NCBI RefSeq assembly: GCF_018977255.1
Contig: NW_024704743.1
Span: 99,822,001 to 99,886,000, forward strand
Direction of reading: 5' to 3'
DNA length: 64,000 nt
DNA from: Callorhinchus milii
Taxonomy: Eukaryota
Shown: positions 24,400 to 37,144 of the stretch, one piece after another
Layout: every line of letters begins with the position of its first letter
How positions within the stretch are numbered: position 1 is the first letter of the stretch
Made by a program: the position numbers and the translations under genes
The notes under the pieces: generated by a model
Seen by the model: only the letters and a program-made list of their open reading frames with translations
Told to the model about the DNA's origin: nothing
Database searches by the model: none

Positions 24400-25880
24400 A
24401 TGGGAAACACTTGGAGAGACAGATCAGCAAAGGAATTAAGGTGTTGAAAATGTCATCAAAATTGAGATTGCAGTGGCAGAAAGCAATCAACAAGGCTAGG
24501 CTTTTTGCTTGGCCTTTTGACAAGGGTTTAGAATATAAAAGCAAGGAAGTGGTGCTGTTATTATACGGGATGCTGGCTGGATCCCACTGAAGTATTAAAT
24601 TCAGTTTTAGGCACTCAATCTTTGTTATTTATCATTGGTCACTTCAATCCACGGCTGTTCGTGGGACGCTGCTGTGCGCAACCAGCTGCCGCATTTCGCC
24701 CACAAAATATACAGTCAATTCACTTTACAGTATATTCTCTGAAGAGCCTTTGAGACGTCTCGAAGACGTGATAAGGCGCCGTATTAAATGCAAGGATTAT
24801 TATTGTTATTATAATCGTCAAAGCAACACAAGCATAAATATACCTTATAAAGCATATATATGTAACGGTTTAAATCCATTGCAAACTACATTAGTAAATC
24901 TTGACAGTAATGCAGCACACGTTTCTTTTAAAATTACAATCCCGATTGCTTGGATTGGAAATTGTTCCACTTTTTAATGCTGGTAATAAAGGTTTATCAG
25001 GCGGTTTGTGTCTGTTGTGCCCCCCCTCCCCAGACACCAATTAATGCATATTGGGACAACAGTAAAAACAAAGGGAGCCTGGGGCTGGACTGGCACTTGT
25101 CAATGGGTATCGAGCTTTAATTAATGAATGCAAATGTTTCCTAATGAACTCGCATCTAACTTATATTAGGGCTTTCGAGCTGTGCCCGAGAGACATCTAC
25201 CAACGTGCAGTTTAAGTTGTTCTCCCTCCAAAATAATCCCTCCAAAACCAAAGACAATAATAAATTGGTCATTTTCAATCCACGACTGTTTGTGGGACAT
25301 TGCTGTGCGCAATTGGCTGCCACATTCGCCCACAAATATACAGTCAATTCACTTTACAGTGTGTTCTGTGAAGCGCTTTGGGACGTCCTCCCGACGTGAA
25401 AAGCGCTATATCAAATGCAAGGATTATTATTATTATTATTATTGGAGGGCATCAGACAATGGTTTGTTAGATTGAGATACAATATGAAGTGCTTAAGTCT
25501 GTTGAGAAACCAGGTAGACTTGTTATATTCCCTAAATTTGAGGCGTTTAAGTAGTGATCTGATTAGTGTATTTAAAATAATGAAAGAAATTGATAAGTTA
25601 CATAGTGGGCAACTCTTTTGCCTCTGTTAGTGGAACCCAAAATAAGGTAAAATCCAGAACATTTCTTTGTGCAGAGGTCTGTGAGAATGTTGAATGTACC
25701 TCCCAGAAGTGCTGTCAAGGCAGAATAGTTGGCATGTTTAAAAAGATAAACTTGGGAAGTAAGAGTATTAAGGAATATGGGGGAAAGGAAAGGAAATGGG
25801 GGTAAAAGATCTGCTATGATCTAATAAACTCACCAAACATGCTCTACAGGATAAATGGCCTCCTCATGTGGCCATATCTA
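24400..25880 (+). mobile_element. Fragmented CR1 pieces (~24400-24620 and ~25480-25880) separated by SINEs and unique sequence
   Basis: LRRLSSDLISVFKIMK translation and a CR1-type 3' UTR near 25770-25870. Confidence 0.6.
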
Positions 25881-28415
25881 TTTTTGAACTGAAGTGTGAT
25901 TTGTTTTAATGGATGTTTCTGTTAAAAAGACAATAAAATAAGTTTCATAATTAAAGCCATTGCATTTAATGGCTCCTATCATTAACATTCACACTGCTGA
26001 CAATTGTCATTTCACACATTAGTTACTCATTCTCATGAGCATAAAATAACAGAGTCCCATGGGTAATGAAATTATTATTCATGTTCAAAGTATAAAGTCA
26101 TAAACATTATTTTTAAATAAAATGAAACAGCTGTCAAACTTTCAATGTTTATATGCTTTGTTGATGACTGCTAGTACTCATTGACATTTATATGAAGCTT
26201 TTAAAAGCTTGTATAAAGTGTGGGTAACAGATGGAGAGAAGAACCAGGTGGCACATCAGCTAGATACTACAAGTAAATGTTTTGATGGCCTACCTTTTGA
26301 TGTATTGAGAATTCACAGCAAAATGTAACTATTTGCATTTAATTCTGAGCAGGTTCATTGAACACTGTGTTCACCAATATAACTTGAAGTCAGCATCCAG
26401 GCCCCAACAGGGGCCAGGAATCATCAATTACAACACCTTTGGGGGAATTTTGCAATTGAGACCTCAATAACAAATACTGGCCAATGTTGACCCCAACCCA
26501 CAAGGACAACACCAATATCTGGCATTAATGTCAGCATTACAAGATTTCCAATAGATTTTATAACTAGTGAATCCAGATTTGCTCCTACATTTCTAATGCT
26601 GCACGGATGTTAACTTCACAGAAGTTGATTAGCATCCAAATAAAGTTCCAAAGGTTTGGCTGCAACATATCTGGGATTTTCTAATTACACATTTCAGCCT
26701 CCAGTTTGTACCAACTGGTTGACGGTGAGCTGGATGCCAATTTAAGTAAAGAAATAAAATCAGGATATAGCTGGTATTCCACAAGCTAGCAAGCCAGTAT
26801 CGCTTATCCTTGAGCCTCAAGTCCAATACAATGCTAGCTTTTCAAAGTAACGCTGAGAAGGATGTGAGGTAGACACCAGTCAGCATGTTAATTATCACAA
26901 GGCCCCTACTTTCAACAAAGTATTATTTAGCACCATTGTGTTAATTAATGCATTACAATATCACTGATTTTTACTGAAGTATCACTTATCTTTCTGTTTG
27001 GCAATAAATATTTAAATATCTGCCTGTTTTGATTTTTTTTCCAGCAGCAGTTGGACATGATACACTGCAAATTATGAGTATGTGTTCTTGGGGTATCAAA
27101 TATAGTCATAATGGATCACTATTCAATGCAAATCCTTAGCCAGAATGAAGACATTTCAAAATGGCATGAACGCTTCTTGTTTTATCATGAGCAGCCATGA
27201 AACAGAAAATGAACGAGTATTTTGGTGATCCTTTGGAGAGGACAGATCTCCTCCTACCATACTCCTTCACCCACCCAGTGACCGAGTCTTCAATTCCTAC
27301 ATCACTAATCTCTGGAAGAACTTCCTCTACCAACTCAGTCTTTAACTCCTGTCTCAAATCTATCTATTTTCAAAACAACATTGAGAAGGATGTGAGGCTG
27401 TGCATCCCCTAGCACTCTATGCCACCAAATTATCCCCTATTTATCCAGTACCCTGGGACTTCTTTCCGACATGAAAGGCATTATACAAATGTAATTTGTT
27501 GTTGTTTGAAAGCACTATGGCCTCTCTGTTGATTGGTGTCCAACACTGTCTAGGTGAAATGCTCCAAGGCATTACCCTAGGTGAGTGAAAGGTGCTATAC
27601 AAATGCAAGTTGTAGCTGCAGTCGGCTTTGAACAGTGAAGAGGAAGTGGACTGTTCCACAGGCTGTGTTTTAACTTGGGGAACATTACCAACATAAAAAT
27701 GAAAAAGGAATGATGTGCTGTAATTGCCATAACAGTAAATTGACATTCTATAGCCAATTAACAGAAATAAATCTACTAATTGCTACAAAAATGTTACATT
27801 GGAGAGTGTCAACTATAATATCAATCACTGAGATTCACTTGGGATCGACACTTTATGAAGTTCAACATCAAGAAGAAAAATTAGAAGGAATCACTTGAGT
27901 GCATACAACAATGTGATATACAGAGAGTCTACAGTGTTGCTTCTAAAAGGGATTGAGAAAGTAAACCCAGAACGATATTGTAGTGCGGATCCAGAAATAA
28001 ACTCCAGAAAGTATTTCTTTACCTAGAGGGTAAAAAATGACTGGACAGGTTACCAGAAAGGTTGGGTGAGGCTAGGAATCTGGGCTTGTTTTGTTAATAT
28101 AGTGTTCTTGTATTCTGCACCACAGATCCTGTATTAAGCAAAGGATCAGGAAGGTTTTTACTTAGAATAATATAAGTTGAAGTAATCAATTCTAATGTTC
28201 TGCGATTAATTCTAATGTTCTTTCTGCATGGATACCTCTTCTGTATTACTGCAGGTGTCAGATTGGCTCAGTTGGTACCACTCTCACTTGAGTTAGAAGA
28301 TTGGGCTTAAACCCCACATTGGGACGTTGAACTCACACAGATAAGCAATACAATGTCTGCATTGTTAGAGGTGCCGTCCTTCAGATGAGACATTAAACTG
28401 GAGTCCTATTTGCCT

Positions 28416-28783
28416 CAAACAAAAACAGAAGTCGCTGAGAACACTCAGCAAGTCAGGCAGCATCTATGGAGAAAGGAAAGTGAGTCAACTTTGCAGGTCC
28501 ACGACCCTTCATCAGAACTGGGGCATGTTGGGAGGGAGAGGCTTTTAAGGATTAACAGAAAGTGGGGAGGCAGGACAAGGAAGACAAAGGAAAAAATGGG
28601 GTAGAGGACAGGGAATGATGGGTCAAAGAGGTCTTAATGATTCAAAACAAAGGTGGGACCTGCAACAAAACAGGCAGACCAGAGAGAGAAAAGATGTGTC
28701 TGGGAACCAGATGACGTGGTAATGGTCACAGAAGAGGGGGAGGGGGAAGATGAGCTGTTATGGTCTAAAATTATTGAAATAAA
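28416..28783 (-). mobile_element. Penelope-like 3' fragment (ORF end, 3' UTR, pseudo-LTR) inserted in a Deu-SINE
   Basis: Homologous to 23897-24253. ATTTGCCT TSD at 28408-28415 and 28784-28791. Confidence 0.87.
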
Positions 28784-30411
28784 ATTTGCCTATTTGCATG
28801 TCCAGGTGGATGCTAAAGATCCCATGGCCCTTTTTGAAAAGAGAAGGGAGTAGGGTTTATTGTATTGTCTGCATTTTATACTAAACTCCTGTGAAGAACT
28901 TTGAGATGTCCTCCTGATGTGACATGCAGCATTTCCTCCAACACCATATTGGAGTGTAAGCCTTGACTGTATGAGCTCAAAGTCCTTAGGTAGGTTTGAA
29001 CCCACAATCTTCTGACTCAGAAGTAAGAGTGCTATCAATTGATATGACTATGATCATAAATGTACCTTTCTTGTTTTCAGATCCATAGTCTGTGAGTTAC
29101 AGTCATCAACACATCCATTGAGCACTGTAATAGACGTCACAGACAAGCCTATCATCCATGCACTACCAGTAAAGAGTGTTGAAGAGGAACTCTGAACAGA
29201 AAACCCAGCTAGTTTTAACAAGCTTAACCTGGGCCAAGTTAGCTTCTGCCTGTTGCAGTATTTCCTAATTGGAAATCCTTATTAAGGAATCAAGATTATA
29301 GAAATAGAGTCTCCTTCCAGAATCATGAAGTACATCAGAATAACATGTAGGAAACATCATTCTAATATATTTCTAGAACAGAGTTCCCACAGGTTGACAA
29401 GAATTCTAATAGAATTACTTACTGAGGAGTACTGCAAATTGGATCCCATTGTTTCAAAATCAATACAGTTCATTATCTTGATGGAACGGACTCTGATTTC
29501 CATATGAATGCAGGAAATTTTCATCTGTGTTATGCATGCATGTAAGTGATCAGTGGAGAAAGGAAAGGTGTTTTTATTAAAATATGGACAATGACAATAT
29601 TTTGCAATCATCCCTAGTAAGTACATCCATAAAAGTGATGCTTTCAATTACTCAGAGGTTTTATCTTTCAAGCAGCACAATCGGTGACCTAAAAAAAGCT
29701 ATGATCTGCAGGCAATTAATTGAAAGCAGAAATAGCCTTGAGTCAATTTGTGACAATCATTGCAGATTAACATTAAAAATCTTCCTTCATTTAACCTTTG
29801 TTGTGACACAACTGGAAGGAAAACATTTATTTGGAAAACTTATTTTTTGGTCAGATGGTTGGAAAATAAAGCTAAAAGATTGAAGAGAGTCCTCCTGGTG
29901 AATTTTCAACTGGGTTTCATGAGGAAAAATTTGCTTGGGTATCTCCATCCAATCATTCACCACAACATAAAAACTCTCACCAAAGGAACATCTGTAACAT
30001 CTGATTAAAATGCAACTACAAGCATTACGATAACACAGATCTCTTTAGACCTGGAGATAAGCAATTTGACCCATGCAAAATATTTTCCCCTCCAAATAAA
30101 TGGTAGCCAAGTCAATTGGCATCAGTAACAAGTACAGTAAACTCCTGATAACTCAACCCCAGTTTAATTTGTCAATACCATTTAAGTCATCATGCTGTCA
30201 AGGTTCCAGCTGCATTTATTTATGCATTTATACATATGCCTAACTGTCCACTCTGAGAAACTTGTCATTGAGCCCTTTTGCCTTGGAGTGACAAGTTATC
30301 AGGAGTTCACTGTACATGGTAGGCATCTGAATTGTCCTCACTCGGTGGAGCTAAAAAGTCTGAATGAGTTAAACAAGATTTTGATGGACTTACCAAGAGC
30401 AGTTAACAACA

Positions 30412-31468
30412 ACAACATCAAAATACATTTGTATAGAGCCTTTTACAGCTGTAGGATGTCCCAAGGCGCTGGACAGTTAGGGATTTGGACACAAGCAGGA
30501 TTTGGGATTAGGAGGGGTGAAGGGGGGAGGATAAGGGTAGGAGGATGACCGAAGGCACAGTTGAAGAGAAGGGTCTTGAGATGGGCCTTGAAGGAGGTAA
30601 GGGAGGAAGCAAGGTGAAGGGACTTTGGGATGTAGTACCAAAGGGCGGGGGCAGAGAGGCTGAAGGCCCGACTACCAATGGTGGAACAGGCTGGGCAGGA
30701 GACATGGAGCAGGCCAGAGCTTGCTGAGTGGAGGAAGCGGACAAGTTGATATGAGATTAGCAGATCACAGAGGTAGAGAGGAGTAAGGCCGTGGAGGGCT
30801 TAGAAGGCGAGGACAAGGATTTTGAACTATATCCTCTGAGGGATGGGGAGCCAGTGGAGCTGAGCAAGGGTGGGGGTGATAAGGTCATGAAGCCTGGTGT
30901 GGGAGAGGTCACAAGCTGCAGAGTTCTGGGTGATCTGTAACTTGTGGAGGGAAGAGCTGGGAAGGCCGACAAGCAGGGAGTTGGAGTAGTCGCGCCTAGA
31001 TATGATGAACATGTGGATGATGGTTTTGGCGGCTTGATGGGTGAGGCATTGGCAGAGCTGGGCGATGTGGAGCTGGGGGAAGGCAGAGCTGGACATGGCA
31101 TGGATGTAGCGTAGAAAGGACAGTTGAGGGTCGAACAAGGTGCCAAGGTTCCAGATTGGCTCAGTGAGGTGTAGTGTGCACACAAGAATGGCGATATTGT
31201 CAGCGCCTGAGGTGTGGAGGCGCTGAAGGCAGCCAATCAGGAGAGCCTAGGTCTTATTGATGTTTAACTGGAGAAAGTTAGCTTTCATCCAGGACTTAAT
31301 GACATTCTGTCAGAACAGCAGTGGTCCTCCAATCGAGGTTTGAGGCAGAGAGATAGAATTGGATGTCATCCATGTACACGTGGAAGTTGACTCCATGTCT
31401 GCGGGTGATGTCACCAAGAGGGAGCATGTACATGTTGAAGAGGAGAGGACCGAGGACAGAGCCCTGAG
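30412..31468 (-). mobile_element. Degenerate L2 LINE, 3' portion
   Basis: NLGTLFDPQLSF and [10 protein letters not shown] translations. Same 3' UTR and tail as the 14.8-16.5 kb copy. Confidence 0.88.
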
Positions 31469-32348
31469 GAATCAATTTCTGCTCCTAGATATAAAAAAGA
31501 CCATCATTGAAAGCTGTTGGCCTCTATTATTGCCACCGAAATCAGCAAAGTTTCCAAAGTAGCTTGAAACCCTGAGGGTTGGGGAAAGTACATCAATAAT
31601 TTATCAGATTGTAATCGACAAAATGAATCACTTTACAAAAAGAGCTGTAATGTAACACACAGATATACCAAAGGGAAAAACCTAACATTGTCTGCAAAGC
31701 ACCTGCGATATTCCATCTCAGTGAGGATAGACAAATACCTCTAAAGATAAATGTTTTCATTCTTAACACATTATCATGTCACAACTGCTTCGCAGGTAAT
31801 AAGTTATCAAGCTCAGAGACTGATCTCGTAATACAGCAGCCATGAGGTGAATGAATAATTTTTCCTGGAGGATTTTTGGCTTGGACAGTCAGAGAAACTC
31901 GCTTCTTATTTCAAATGATGTCATGGGATCTTAAACATCCACCTGAAGAATAGGAAGATGGGGTATTGCATCAATAATTCATCCACTAGACCGCAGCTCA
32001 GGCAATGAAAACTGCCTTGTACTGTTTCATGAGCTGTGAGCTCAAGTCACGATAAAGCATTTGAACACAAACCTTCTGACCCAAAGATGAGAGAGCAACA
32101 AAATGAGGAAAGCTAAAACAGCAGACGCACATTTTTGGTGGCAGCGTGCAGTACCCCATATATAATGCAGCCAAGAATTGTTGCAATATACAAAGATGAA
32201 GTATCTCTTTGATATCTAAATATCACAATGGCTCATCAATTAGCACCCATCAATTAGGTGCAAAAGAAACTGGTGTGCAACTTTTTTTCAAAAACAGGGC
32301 AAAATAGTAATATCAATTCATAGTAGTTCCACGAACATATAAACATAA

Positions 32349-32682
32349 GTGGAGTCCTGTAGCTCAGTGGTTAGAGCACTCGCTTTGCAAGTGAGAGACC
32401 TGAGTTCAATTCCAGGCAGGGCGAAACCTTGGGCAAGTTTCCTTACTCCACACACCTAATAATAATCCCTCCAAAAAAAACAAAAAACAATAACTAAATT
32501 GGTCATTTTCAATCTACGACTGTTTGTGGGACATTGCTGTGCGCAATTGGCTGCCGCGTTCGCCCACAAATATACAGTCAATTCACTTTACTGTGTATTC
32601 TGTGAAGCGCTTTGGGACATCCTCCCAACGTGAAAAGCGCTATATCAAATGCAAGGATTATTATTATTTATTATTATTATAA
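32349..32682 (+). mobile_element. Full-length young tRNA-Ala SINE
   Basis: Same head, body and tail as 2516-2832. Confidence 0.92.
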
Positions 32683-35277
32683 TAAAGTTGAACTTGTAAG
32701 TGTTTGTGTGAGACGTTGATCATATTGATGGACAAACTCCCCCGCTGCGGTTATCAATGGGGATACCCAAAAAGCCGTGTCCCCATTTGTGCAACTCTGA
32801 GTCCTTAATAAATAATGAAAATTCAACCCCAATAAATCCACAACATTTAGGGCAGAGTGAATGACAGTGAATGAGGATTTCAGTCCTTACACTCCTGGGT
32901 CTGCCTGTTAATTTCTTTGTATGACCTTGATCCTTTACTTTAATTTTAGTACTGTAAATCACTCCATTACCTTTTCTACTGACCGCTAACAAGCAGAACT
33001 GCTCCTTGACAATAAAAATTGAGATGGCTACTTTGTATTTTCATATTTGTAATTACCTGGCGAGTTTTAATATCTGTTATTGAGAAAACCATGTTAAATA
33101 TCAAGATGTGCTATTGATATCTAATGATGCATCATCATATCTCAAGTGCAGGGGCTCAATATTTTAATGTATACTAGGTATATACGTTTCAATAGTTAAT
33201 GAGGAAAAGTTAATGTGCTGCATTAGCACCTCTTCATAGTGATTAAATCAGTTCCCATGTCAAACCCGATGTCTATTTACACTTGCTCTTAGCACGTCAA
33301 TGAGGTAATTGTGGATAATTATACCGATTATGTCCACTCTTGGATTTAAAGTACTCTACATCAGATGATCTTGTACTCTTAAATGTAATTTATTTGTGAC
33401 CCTCTGCAATGTCATTTGGTGGTGATGATAGCTGTCAATTGGAGAAACAGCTTCATCTCTTCCATCTTAATGGATGCTTGTGACTAGTTATAAACTGCAC
33501 CACTTACCGCCATGATACACCTCTTGTTTTTTTTTACTTCATCCATTCTAGTTTCGCCAATTTTTCTCCTACTTCAGGCTTTTGTGGCCACATTATCTCC
33601 TCTGAAAAGGAAAGGCAGGCTCAATCAGAGACATTTCACAGCCAACGCCAAGTGTGGAAATTTTGCTTTGTCCAATGTTACATATGGTCAGTAGATGTTT
33701 TTCATTCTCCAGCAGCTTCTATTTTTAAAAGTTTCAAATAAATCTAAAACAGAGGCAAATTGATTCTTTCTGTACTTCACAGCTTGGTTTATGCAAAAAT
33801 GCAAGAAACACTCAGCACAGAATATAAAACAGGGTGAGCAGGGACAACGATTGAAATATACCGCTGAGTACACTGACATTTCTTTTTATCATATTTAGGA
33901 TTCAAGATTAACTTGGTAGAATGTGCTTCCTATTTAAATGAAACATTACAACAGGGAAGCAGGGGAGTGTTGTTTCAGGGGTTAGTCAGTCTGTTTCATG
34001 CTGGAATGTGACACAAAGATTGCTGATTCACCTCAGAACTGTTTGTAAGACCTGCTGTGTGTAAAATGGCTGATTTCTTTGGCTGCAAAAACACTGCATA
34101 TGACACTGCGTATGACAATAAGTTACTCTGAAGCACTTTTGAGACTTTTAAAGTTCTAGATGCTATGTCAGTTCTTTCTCTTCAATACGTGTCCTCAATC
34201 TTTACAGAGAATTCAGTCGATTTTTTATTTATTATTATTATTTAGTTGGTTGTAGCTGAAACGTGGGTCCAGACATGATCGTGAGATAGATGATTGACAC
34301 ATCCCATTGCCGGCAAAGGCAATCGCATACTAAGCTATGGCACTAGCTGCTTAGCTACAGAAAGATGAGACAGCGGGCAAAATCCAGATACAAATCTGAA
34401 CACATGCTACTGCCAGGTACAAATGTTTGCATCAGTGCAAACATTACTAGTGACATAGCAAAGTACTAAAGGGAAATTAAGAGCTTCATCATGAAATAAG
34501 TACTTGTCATTTTACAGAAAATTTCACTGTAATTCTGAGGGTGACTGATAGTGTTGCCTACTCACTCAACCAGATCTATCTCCATTCTTGTACTGACCAA
34601 GTTGTCAAAATTCATCTCCATCCAAAATCCATCGATTTTCTTTCAGGGCTTTCTTCATCCGAACCAATCTTACGAACCAATCTTATGAATATTGGAAATT
34701 ATAGAGAGAATGAAATGAACAAACTCTTGATTGGATCCGCAATGAATTCCATGCTGCTGAAGCCAGAGGAAATACCAATGGTAGTAGAGAGCGGTAGAGA
34801 TGTCTGATGTATGAATATATTGCAGTATTTTGCCTTTGGGGAATCTATAAAAAGCTTTCTTCTCAGAGATAGAGTTGATGCAGTACATGATAGGATAGAT
34901 CTTGCATAGTGTGTGGAAAGAGTGGGCTTGATGATCTAAAGGCTTTTTGTGTTCCATACTTTCTTCTGTTTTATTTGAACACATATTTTGATTTTCTTTC
35001 TTTAAGTCAGATAATACTCAGATAAAAGTATGTAGTTGTGCCAGCAGAAACAGTGCATCATACAGTGATTTACTGAAGCAGAGAATCACTGGGAATCCAG
35101 AGGAAGCCATTTTAGACTCTGAAAGGTAAAGCTAGGTTAGGAAAATCCCTCAGCTCCTGGACATTTTTTATTCCAATGCATACAGACAAACAGATCAGTA
35201 TGCTTGTCGATTTAACCTGACCCAACTCAATCTGATCATGAATGTGACTGCTGGGATGCACTTTGCTGATGACACTG

Positions 35278-35340
35278 CAAAGTTATTTAAACCTGGAACA
35301 AAGCTATTTAAACCTGGAACAAAGCTATTTAAACCTGGAA
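35278..35340. repeat. Tandem repeat, 3 x 21 bp (CAAAGCTATTTAAACCTGGAA)
   Basis: Three adjacent units with one mismatch in the first. Confidence 0.95.
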
Positions 35341-36478
35341 GTATCAGAATTTTTATAGGATCAAAAATGTCAAAACGTTTCCAAGTGTTTCACAGCAATT
35401 ACTGCCACGTGTAATAATTGTTTTGTGCTGCTATTTTCAGCACAAACCATGAGGTAAATGCCCAATTAATCTGAAGAATTGTTGATCAGTAACCTGAGAG
35501 ACACTCTTTTCCATTTTGAATCATTTCATGGGTTTTTAACAACTATTTAAACAGGCAGACAGAAGTTCAGTTTAATATCTTTGGCACTGGAGAGAAGTAA
35601 TAGAAGACCGCAATAGGGTATCAGCCTGCACGGTGTGCTTCATTCCCAATGTATGGTATCTCCAACAAGGCCACCCTCCTCAGCCTACACTGTGTGCTCC
35701 AGTACCAATGTGTGGCTTGTGCCCACAACCTTCTGATCCAGAGAAGAGAGTGCTACCAACTGAGCCAGGCTTAGAAATAGTGGTGAATAAGCAATGGAGG
35801 AGGAGAATAGGTAATCAGATGTATTGGGAATCAAAGTATAACCTGGAAGTAACTAATAACGTACAATCTTAATTGTAGTTCTCAGAAATAAAACCTAACA
35901 ATTTTTTTTAAAAAACAATGTAATTAGTCATCTTAGTAGAACCAAAAACGTCTCTGCAAAGATTTGGATCATGGCATACCTTTTGTTATTTAACTCTTAT
36001 TCTATGTGTGAATACTTTAAAATGAATTCAAAAACTAGATCTGAGATTCCTAATCATTGAAATAAAAGGTTTGAGTCATTGTAAAATCTGGATATTTCAG
36101 TACAGTAGTGTGGATACACTGCCCCCCGCTGGTACAACTACACACTTTGCTTCTAATTGTAATGACTAAACACTACTGTAAAAATAAATATTTATTCAAA
36201 AATATAATATAATAATAATGATCCTTGAATTTAACATACTGCCTTGTCACTTTGTCAAAATGTTTCAAAACGCATCACGTGAAACTGTGAAGTGTAGTGA
36301 CAGCATTTGTAGGCAAGTGCAGCAGCCAATTTGCACACAGAAATGTCCCACAAACAGCCGTAAATAAGGCGAAATCAATTTTATCTGGGAGATTGTTGGC
36401 TAGGATACCATCAGGTATGGAATACTGCAATGGGATCTGTAACGTGCATCTTAAGAGGACCTTGGTTTTACATCTCAT

Positions 36479-37144
36479 TGTTGGGATTTCCGATCCCGAG
36501 AGTTCGAAATATGACCCGACAATCCAAAATGGTGCAACAATTCTTTTATTATAAGACAGTGAGCTTAATAATGTGTAAAGAAGAGCATACTACCAGTTAA
36601 TCCAGAACAAAAGTGGAATAAAAATTTCTTGGCTGTCGTCACGCGCTTGTCCTGGTTTCGCTGGTGTAATTCCCTCGCTCTCCTCCTGCCAGTCAGGCCC
36701 AACTGACTTCTCTCTCTCTTCACTAATTATACCCTTTTCTGGACTCTTGCCAGATACCTTCGCCCCTCTCACAACTTGTCCTGCACGTACTCATCCTAAT
36801 CAATCATTGGCCTGGCACCAGCCTGACCGGTGTTGTTAAAGTTGAGTCTCCATTGTCTTGTCTACAAGTCTACTCCTTATCTTCCTAGGCCTAACACATG
36901 ATGTTTTGCAGACCTTTTCTCCATGTCTAGCTGGTACGCAAAGTTACAATAGCAAAGTGCATCTGGAGAGAGGAGAAATAACGGGTACCGTGGTTCCAGC
37001 CTGTGCCACATTCCATTAGTAAGAAAGCTAATTTGGTGGCCATTTTGACCTGTTAATACAATTAATTAAACATATCTTAAATGAATGGATATAAAAATCT
37101 TGTTCTATTCTAAATGATTATAGGGGAATCCCTATAACCCAACA
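36479..37144 (-). mobile_element. Solo LTR (666 bp) with 4-bp TSD
   Basis: Termini TGTTGGG...CCCAACA form a perfect 7-bp inverted repeat. TCAT TSD at 36475-36478 and 37145-37148. It splits a Deu-SINE that resumes at 37149. Minus-strand AATAAA near 36545 and a TATA-like element near 36727. Confidence 0.85.

Noticed and set aside
29081..29195. Possible + strand terminal exon (SIVCELQSSTHPL...VEEEL*) after a good acceptor
   Set aside because: No recognisable homology and no supporting upstream exons, so it cannot be distinguished from chance.
32351..32425. tRNA-Ala(TGC)-like gene
   Set aside because: It has A/B boxes and an anticodon-like arm but no proper acceptor stem. It runs straight into the SINE body and recurs in many copies, so it is a SINE head.
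34541..34807. 88-aa ORF with a 13-bp tandem duplication (CGAACCAATCTTA x2)
   Set aside because: No recognisable domain, and it lies next to decayed CR1-like 3' sequence.
35278..35340. CRISPR-like direct repeats
   Set aside because: The units are directly adjacent with no spacers, and the context is vertebrate.
36479..36896. Shorter LTR boundary ending at CCTAACA
   Set aside because: The inverted repeat is imperfect and there is no 4-bp TSD. The 37144 boundary gives a perfect repeat, a TCAT TSD and resumption of the host SINE.
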